This document shows positions 61,689-64,000 of a stretch of DNA of 64,000 bases, one piece after another. The DNA is from the human T2T-CHM13v2.0 reference genome, Homo sapiens. Under the pieces are notes generated by a model. The model was not told the DNA's origin. It did no database searches and saw nothing but the letters and a program-made list of their open reading frames with translations. A program made the position numbers and the translations under genes. Positions within the stretch are counted from its first letter, which is position 1, and each line of letters opens with the position of its first letter. The DNA lies in NCBI RefSeq assembly GCF_009914755.1, contig NC_060930.1, one strand, 5' to 3'.

Positions 61689-63952
61689 GGTCTCCAGAAA
61701 AGTAAATAAAGCCTTCGTTTTGACCCCTCATAAGAGGCTCTCATTTTGAACCAATTATTACTCTTACTATATAGGTAATTGTGAACCTCTTACATTGCAT
61801 GGCATATTTTCAGGAATAAAAAGCATGTGAATTTTTCCAGGAAGTGCAATTTTACTACTTACTTTAGGGGGTCCATGTACCCCCCAAATGCTAAGCACTT
61901 GGTTCTAATAGTAAGACATGAGGTAATATAAAGGGAAAAACTTTAAGAGTCACAGTTATAGATGCAAATTTCTGGCTTCATAACTTACTAGTTTTATGAT
62001 CTGACTTTAATATCCTTATGTACTTGAAAATTACATGAAAACCTAGAGCATGGGTTGTAGAAGGGTAAAGATAATCAGTTTTAATATAGGCTCAATTTTC
62101 ATCTCTCATGCTGCTTTAATTATGGTTGTACTTCACCCATCAGATAGACTTGAATTTTTAGACCATGAACTGACACATCAGCTGAACTGAGCTCACCATA
62201 GGACAAATGTGTATGTCACAGAGATATCTTCAAAATACAAACATAGCATAGAAAAAGCATCATAATTATAATGTGGCTAATTGTTTTGTTTGTTAATTTG
62301 TTTTTGTTTTGTTTTCTAAAAGGACTCTTCTCATAATTATGAACCTTTAGAAGTCTTATATACTAATGATATCTCCTGGGGTGCATTATAGGAGGGAAAT
62401 TCCCTCACTGTGGTAGCAGAGCCTGGCTGCATCCTCCCTGTCCTCTTGACAACTTGCATCATGCTTGTGTTGAGAGAGGTGTTGTCTCATTTATTCTATG
62501 CTCTCACTTGCTCCTAAACTAACATTTCTGCCATGGTTTTTTTTGTTTGTTTTAACTAATTTAATATTGAAATTGTCAATGTAAGACATCCCAGAAGTCA
62601 TTATTTTCAGTCCTAAAAGACTATCTTTGCTCTTGTGAAGTCAGGAAGCCAAAGAGCCTCTTGCTGGAACTAATGCTTGTACTAGTTTTAAAAAATTAAA
62701 AGAATAAAATGATGCCAAAAAAACACAGATTTATTATGACAAATAAATATAAGGAAAATGAGGAAAGCAATAAGAAGTGAGCCTGTATTTGTTGTAGGAC
62801 TCTGACTTAGATATAGTCTAGCCCATGTACCATTTTTTAATTTTTTTGCTCATTGTAGCATTCTACAGCTGTATCCATCCTGTCCTTTTTTTTTCTAGAT
62901 CATTCCCTCCTCTTCCCAGTATGCCCTTGAGTCCATCCTCCTTGTAAAATAGCACTGTCCAAGTTAAGTGATTGCACATGACCAATTGACATTATGGTTT
63001 GCACATCATTTTCTGTATTGGAGGAATTTCCATAAAAATCTCAGACTACCTCAGTATGTAAAAAACTTTTTGACATATAAACACACGGTGCTACCACTGT
63101 GAAATATAAACACAAGTTGCTACTAATATTTGGGCAACTCTGATTGTCAGTCACTAGAGTGTATCTCTTCATGTAGTATCAAAGGCCAATATTGAAAGAA
63201 CAGTTAAAATGGAAAACACTGCCCATTTCACCCTAGATTGCTAGAAAAACACCACAGACCGTGTTGCATGAAAATTTTCATTGAATGATGCTGATTTTTC
63301 TCTCTTGCATTAATTTCAGTTCCACTTGCCTGGACTGCTTTGATAAAAGCAATAGAAAGCAAAAGCAATGCTAACGCACATCTTTTCTGGAGCATAAAAT
63401 TTACTGTGCTCTTGAGAACATAATTCTTGAGTAAAGAATATGTTGTAAAAAATAACATCCTGAGCCAAATTAAAAATGCATGTCCTTTTATGTTATGATG
63501 AACTAGTTTAATGTTTTTAAAAAATCATGATCCTAATTCTAATGCAATTGTAGACTACAATGCCTTTACTTAGCCCAGTTTAATGGTTATTTAATCTTAT
63601 TTCTGAAATTCATGTTATCAATATATATTTTAACTACACATAGAAGAACATTTGAATCTAAAGGCTGAATTATATGTCTTTGTACAATGTTAAGCTAATG
63701 AATCAAGTAATAATGTTTTTATTTTGGCTAACTCTATTGATATATGGGAAAGTTACCCCAAATGGCATAGGTTGTAGCTATATTAAGTAATGGTCTATTT
63801 TATTTTATTTTTCTTATAAGTATTTGAAGATTTAAATTTTTTTTGAAATATAACTCTGATGAAAATAACCATCATCAAAGAACAGATTTGTTTTGTCTTG
63901 TGCATATAATTATGTTTTCAGGTGTTCTATTATTCTTATCCAAATATACTCC

Positions 63953-64000
63953 TGTATTAGTCTGTCTTCACACTGCTGATAAAGACACTTCTGAGACTGG
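63953..64000 (-). mobile_element. THE1 LTR 3' end running off the window
   Basis: tgtattagtctgtcttcacactgctgataaagacacttctgagactgg. Confidence 0.85.

Overview
AT-rich, repeat-dense primate genomic DNA. AluY, an ERV9 LTR12 and an L1PA2-type element indicate human or great ape. I recognise no cellular protein-coding exon, RNA gene or gene-associated CpG island. All long ORFs are L1 ORF2 fragments or chance ORFs inside LTR/L1/Alu repeats. Content: a near-full-length L1PA10/11-like element inside a MER4-group provirus remnant, two 5'-inverted (twin-primed) L1s, a complete THE1A, about 15 further LTR elements (MaLR, ERVL, ERV1, MER11, LTR12), eight Alus, and HAL1, L2, MIR and DNA-transposon relics. 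Subfamily names come from recalled consensus sequences, not a RepeatMasker run. I see no new multi-gene system. The most interesting structures are: (1) a probable 5' transduction, possibly spliced, that carried a MIR-containing leader in front of an L1 into a younger ERV; (2) a TSD-bounded 205-bp L1 3' transduction inside a four-layer nest; (3) several locally templated copy/inversion scars between 5 and 25 kb; (4) a + strand bias of LTRs and L1s suggesting an intron of a minus-strand transcription unit; (5) a candidate 18-nt minus-strand microexon whose pyrimidine tract is the target site of the young L1PA2.
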